Positions 63,296 to 64,000 of a stretch of DNA of 64,000 nt are shown here, piece after piece; within the stretch, counting starts at the first letter, position 1; the number at the start of each line of letters is the position of its first letter. The notes under the pieces were generated by a model. The model had not been told where the DNA came from and did no database searches. It saw nothing but the letters and a program-made list of their open reading frames with translations. Origin of the DNA: Basidiobolus meristosporus CBS 931.73 (Eukaryota; Fungi; Basidiobolomycota); NCBI GenBank assembly GCA_002104905.1, contig MCFE01000288.1, positions 1 to 64,000 of the forward strand, read 5' to 3'. Both the position numbers and the translations under genes were made by a program.

Positions 63296-64000
63296 CTGTG
63301 GTGGTGTATATTGTCAGGCTCCTTATCTTCTTCTATAAAAAGTTGTGTCTTCTGGCAAGCAGTATGTGTCCTCTTATTGTTGGGTGTTACCCCACAGAAT
63401 GTTGATTGTAGTCCTGGGTTTGATCCCTGAATAGTGTACCACACTGACCCATCAGAATAGTTGGTAGTTGTAGCCTTAGTACTGGTCTTCCATGGTCTGC
63501 CTAACAGAAGGTCAAAGTTTGCCTTCTGGCAGATAAAGAGGGGAAGCCAGACCTTGATTCCTTGTACCTCAATAGAGAACTTGTGCACAACACCATGGAG
63601 TGGGCTAGATCCCAAGCTTGCATCAGTTGTGTTCCATGCAATATCTCTGTAAACAGGCAGTAGCTCCTTGCTTTTAAGTGTCTTCCAGAAGTCTAGCGGC
63701 ATAACACAAATCTCTGAGCCACAGTCAATATGGCAGTCAACAGGGTCATCATATATATACCCTTTCACCACAGCAGTTGCACAGAGTAAAAGGTCTTGTA
63801 CTTAGTAGTGTTGTCATCCTTTTGGTGGTCTTCATGGTTTGTCTGAATTATATGGGTGTCCATATGTTCAACAGCTTGTCTTCTTGTTCTAAGCTGCTCA
63901 TCAAAGGTCTTCCTAACAGACACTGATACACCCATGATTTCTCCAACCAACACAGTGGGGTTCTGCTTCAGCAGCTTCTCAGTAACCAGTTGAGGGCTTC
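63296..64000 (-). mobile_element. Second Ty3/gypsy family, gag-protease fragment running off the window edge
   Basis: ORF 63268..63771: VKGYIYDDPVDCHIDCGSEICVM...FDLLLGRPW, a retropepsin pattern distinct from the 49.7-54.6 kb element. Confidence 0.7.

Overview
Eukaryotic, fungal-type DNA, probably from an early-diverging lineage (inference from short 54-77 bp GT-AG introns and the protein sequences). The window has two sharply different compartments. 1-14.7 kb is a CpG-normal gene island: a two-finger GATA transcription factor (-), pyruvate carboxylase (+), intronless GAPDH (-) and a division-2 chitin synthase (+). From about 14.75 kb to the end is a strongly CpG-depleted transposon graveyard. 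It holds two Ty1/copia families, two Ty3/gypsy families, an unassigned LTR-like repeat, at least five copies or fragments of a two-ORF PHIS (PIF/Harbinger-like) DNA transposon, and a 732-bp foldback element that uses the same termini. A spliced, proline-rich ORF with a chromodomain-like segment straddles the CpG boundary. Target-site duplications allow a nested series to be rebuilt: an old PHIS copy received a copia-B and a gypsy, and the copia-B then received a younger PHIS copy and the foldback element. Two decayed non-TE-like ORF remnants (28.3-30.4 kb, 37.7-39.1 kb) could not be assigned. All alignments and counts were done by eye. No database searches were run.
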